Of a stretch of DNA of 64,000 nucleotides, positions 61,925 through 64,000 are shown piece after piece. The position numbers and the translations under genes were made by a program. The notes beneath the pieces are model-generated. The model saw only the letters and a program-made list of their open reading frames with translations. It ran no database searches and had not been told where the DNA came from. Within the stretch, counting starts at the first letter, position 1, and every line of letters starts with the position of its first letter. Origin of the DNA: a virus; IMG/VR virus record IMGVR_UViG_3300035034_001216, positions 1-64,000 of that record; one strand, given 5' to 3'.

Positions 61925-62688
61925 TTATTTAATAGGGTTAACTATTTTTTCAACTTCATTGATATAATAATTATAATTGACATCATAATCTAAAAAATCA
62001 ACTTGTTGAAAAAATTTATTAAAATAAGTAACAAGATATTTACTTTCTACTTCAAAAGATCTGTCATCTACAAATACACCATCAAATAGCGTATTCTCAT
62101 ATACAGATTCTTTCCCTTCAAGAGGTGGCATTTTCTTTATTAGTTTTTTACCATGATTAGAAATATAATACCTTACTGTTTTACTAGCTTTCTCTACTGT
62201 TTTATCAGAACTTAAAACATCTTTTAAAATGTAATGAGATCCTTTATTAGATTTAACTGCTTTACAAAAGTCATATATGTCGTCACATTCATAAATAGTC
62301 TTTTTATAGTCTATATTATGAACGTAATAATCATATATTGCCTTTGCTACAATTATCATAGAATGATTCTTATGAGGCTCACGGTTATAATCATACCAAC
62401 CTTTAAGTTTCACTCTATCGTCTACTTTTTCATTTCCAGTTTTGATTGCTAGGTAATTATTTACATTACTCATAACAAGTAAGTCATAAAACGTTTCTTC
62501 TAAAACAAATTTCGTTTTATTTTCCCATTGTCTTTGTAATGATCTAAATTCATCTAACCTTTCTTTACTAAATAGTACAACTACACCATCAGTATTAGCA
62601 GATAAAACAGAAAATCCTGATATATCAAGATCTTCTATAAGCATTAACAATGATAATTGACCAATAGTGGTCGTTTGGATTGTTACTA
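61925..62688 (-). CDS. polB: Family B DNA polymerase, 3' exon (C-terminal palm and thumb)
   Basis: VTIQTTTIGQLSLLMLIE...SANTDG...VNNYLA...KLKG, RYYIS match crAss PolB; the frame continues upstream of the track's TTG to the predicted 3' splice site (62689/62688) and hits TAA just beyond it. Confidence 0.88.
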
Positions 62689-62721
62689 CTTACCACACTC
62701 AGTCACCTGAGCATAATAAAA

Positions 62722-63354
62722 TTACGTTAATTTATCAGCAACTGTTTCTCTGTTGAATATCCATATTTTAATGAAATTTCTACTGTTATTATTATAAGCA
62801 GGTTCTGTACATGTTTCGCACATTTCAGTAAGACATCCATCTAATATTGCCCATTCATTTGTCACACCTATCGGTTCATTTTTTGTACTTTGTCCGCCAG
62901 AAGTCATGTTGGTAGATACTAGAGTAAAAGCTGGACATTTTGTTAGTATCCTATCAAGAATCATATTTTGAAAAACCCATTTTATAAGTTTTTCTTCTAT
63001 AAATTCTTTGTTATACAAAACACCTTTAAGTTCAGAAATCATATTAGGTATTAATGTCGCAGATGAGTATTTTAAAGATGGATTATCTCGAGTCCCTTTC
63101 AAAAATGAAACTATTCTGCGAGATTCTCCATAAGCTGAGTTGATACCTGACATTTGGAGAGCACCACATGATATGTCAGTGCCTCCTACTCCTAAATGTT
63201 TATTGCCTGAGTAATTTATTAGTTCTTTAATACGAGATAAAACTTCAGGATTATCTTTTAATGTCTCAGGCGTTAGCTTTGAACTTTTTTTTTCTTCTAC
63301 TTTTAGTACTTTCAATTTGCTCATAATAAATTGTTTTTTTTGTTTTGATTTCAT
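62722..63354 (-). CDS. Intron passenger gene in the P9 region (hypothetical, no homing-endonuclease motif)
   Basis: ATG 63354 (or 63324) after an A-rich leader; SCGALQMSG...NNNSRNFIKIW; no HNH, GIY-YIG or LAGLIDADG signature seen. Confidence 0.75.
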   Translation of the reverse strand: MKSKQKKQFIMSKLKVLKVEEKKSSKLTPETLKDNPEVLSRIKELINYSGNKHLGVGGTDISCGALQMSGINSAYGESRRIVSFLKGTRDNPSLKYSSATLIPNMISELKGVLYNKEFIEEKLIKWVFQNMILDRILTKCPAFTLVSTNMTSGGQSTKNEPIGVTNEWAILDGCLTEMCETCTEPAYNNNSRNFIKIWIFNRETVADKLT

Positions 63355-63385
63355 AATTTTATTATTTGTAGTCTGGACCATCTCA

Positions 63386-63697
63386 TCAACCGCATTCAAT
63401 GTCACATGTAGGACTATTAAGTCCACATTTACATTTAATTTTAGGTTGCTCGTTGTTGGCCTCTACGCCGTTTTCTAATTTTTCACATAAACTAATAACT
63501 TCTTCATCATCACCATAAGCGCATAATGCTTCTAAAATTAATTTAATGTCTTTATTATCAAGTGACGGCACGGGATTGTCAAATTTTTTAAGTACTATTT
63601 TACAAAAGTCTACTTCAAATTGCTTTTGGAGATCTTCTTGAACTGCTTTTATATAATCAGGATTTTCATCTGATTGAAATTGTACTATAATTTTCAT
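63386..63697 (-). CDS. Intron passenger ORF overlapping the ribozyme core (hypothetical, 103 aa)
   Basis: ATG after an A-rich leader in L5; open through P5', P4', P6, P7, P3' and P8; TGA at the P8'/J8-7 junction. Confidence 0.55.
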   Translation of the reverse strand: MKIIVQFQSDENPDYIKAVQEDLQKQFEVDFCKIVLKKFDNPVPSLDNKDIKLILEALCAYGDDEEVISLCEKLENGVEANNEQPKIKCKCGLNSPTCDIECG

Positions 63698-63723
63698 ATT
63701 TTTTTTAAATTTGAGTTTCCCCG

Positions 63724-63896
63724 TTAGCTAATATTAAATTCTGTTAAATATTTACATTCTGATTTTTTACCACCACATTTAATTATCTCATATCTTTTTG
63801 ATAATTTACAATTACATGATGGTGGTCCACAATGTGAACCGGGTATATAACTTCCATTACCACACCCATCATCATAATGTTTACATTTTTTTTCAT
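63724..63896 (-). CDS. Cys-rich intron passenger ORF in a P3.2-like loop (needs A9 rather than A8 after the ATG)
   Basis: ATG-A8, then frame CKHYDDGCGNGSYIPGSHCGPPSCNCKLSKRYEIIKCGGKKSECKYLTEFNIS* with TAA at 63726-63724; as written the ATG frame gives only 37 aa. Confidence 0.45.
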
Positions 63897-64000
63897 AATT
63901 TTAATATTAACCCCTCTTTCGAGGATTCCGAGTTATTCGAAGTACATTACTGTACTAAGCCGCTAGTTTGACTTTATTATTAAATCGTTTTAAGAATATT

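Larger units (their letters stand above)
62689..64000 (-). mobile_element. Group I self-splicing intron in polB (5' end outside the window) carrying passenger ORFs
   Basis: Hand-paired on the - strand: IGS ACUAGCGG 63967-63960; P2 AGUACA-GUAA-UGUACU; P3 CUCG/CGAG; P4 ACGGGG/UCCCGU; P5 UCAAAUUU/AAAUUUGA; P6 GCCGU/ACGGC; P7 G(A)GGCCA/UGGUCC; P8 CAACC/GGUUG; J8/7 AUGAGA; P9 GCUCAG-GUGA-CUGAGU; terminal G 62689; P10 ACUA/UAGU. Confidence 0.9.

Noticed and set aside
1687-62452. Short ORFs antisense to or nested in long genes (e.g. 8246-8530, 33277-33582, 41982-42389, 25432-25698)
   Set aside because: Shadow frames of well-supported genes with no motifs of their own.
62648-62650. TTG start making the PolB C-terminal fragment an independent protein
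   Set aside because: The conserved GQL motif lies upstream of this TTG in the same frame, so it is an internal Leu codon.
62668-62680. CCAAACGACCAC resembles a group I R element (P7 5' strand)
   Set aside because: It lies downstream of the S element and P9, encodes the conserved QTTT of PolB, and a correctly placed R element exists at 63466-63457.
63355-63426. N-terminal extension MDLIVLHV... of the 234-aa ORF in the track
   Set aside because: It starts at a GTG inside P8 and overlaps the upstream ORF; ATG 63354 or 63324 has a better A-rich leader.
63911-63963. tRNA-like start (GCGGCUUAGUACAG)
   Set aside because: No acceptor stem, T-loop or anticodon arm; explained as intron IGS/P2.
63970-63981. 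AAUAAUAAAGUC as the intron S element, with the following hairpins as P9
   Set aside because: The full P4-P8 core and a better S element lie downstream in transcription, so these hairpins fit P2 and P3.1.
62689-64000. Group II intron, split intein or ribosomal bypass as the cause of the split polB
   Set aside because: No domain V, no reverse transcriptase ORF and no intein terminal His-Asn; group I elements and a terminal G explain the junction.
1-64000. Genome-wide TAG or TGA reassignment
   Set aside because: Genes up to 8.3 kb are uninterrupted under the standard code and coding density is high.
1-64000. CRISPR arrays, tRNA/rRNA genes, integrase, diversity-generating retroelement
   Set aside because: No spaced direct repeats, cloverleafs, recombinase or reverse-transcriptase motifs seen by eye; intergenic space is minimal.

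Overview
AT-rich 64-kb segment of a crAss-like (Crassvirales-type) phage of Bacteroidota, built as two convergent arms that meet at a bidirectional terminator (~40152-40190). The + arm (1-40131) is late/virion: accessory enzymes (alpha/beta hydrolase, clan GH-A-like protein, secreted M43 metalloprotease), lysis genes (two holin-like proteins, Amidase_2 endolysin, spanin-like pair), a metallophosphoesterase, tail ring/tubular/stabilisation proteins and a set of giant ejection proteins. The ejection set includes an SF1 helicase-zincin protein, an R-S-E ADP-ribosyltransferase, the virion RNA polymerase and a zincin-nuclease protein. The - arm (40210-64000) carries replication and nucleotide genes (MazG-like pair, NrdJ, exonuclease, resolvase, UDG, primase, ThyA, AAA ATPase, DnaB, SF2 helicase) and a six-gene phiEco32-type amidoligase/GATase/GGCT/ATP-grasp cluster. 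The most striking element is at the right end. The family B DNA polymerase gene is interrupted by a group I intron whose IGS and helices P2-P10 can be paired by hand across 62689-63970. Its catalytic core is spread out and interleaved with at least three passenger reading frames that show no homing-endonuclease motifs. Two are looped out by 12-14 bp AU-rich stems placed at their start and stop codons, and one is read straight through P4', P6, P7, P3' and P8. The 5' splice site and the 5' polymerase exon lie beyond the window. All calls come from motif reading and hand pairing; no database search or folding program was run.
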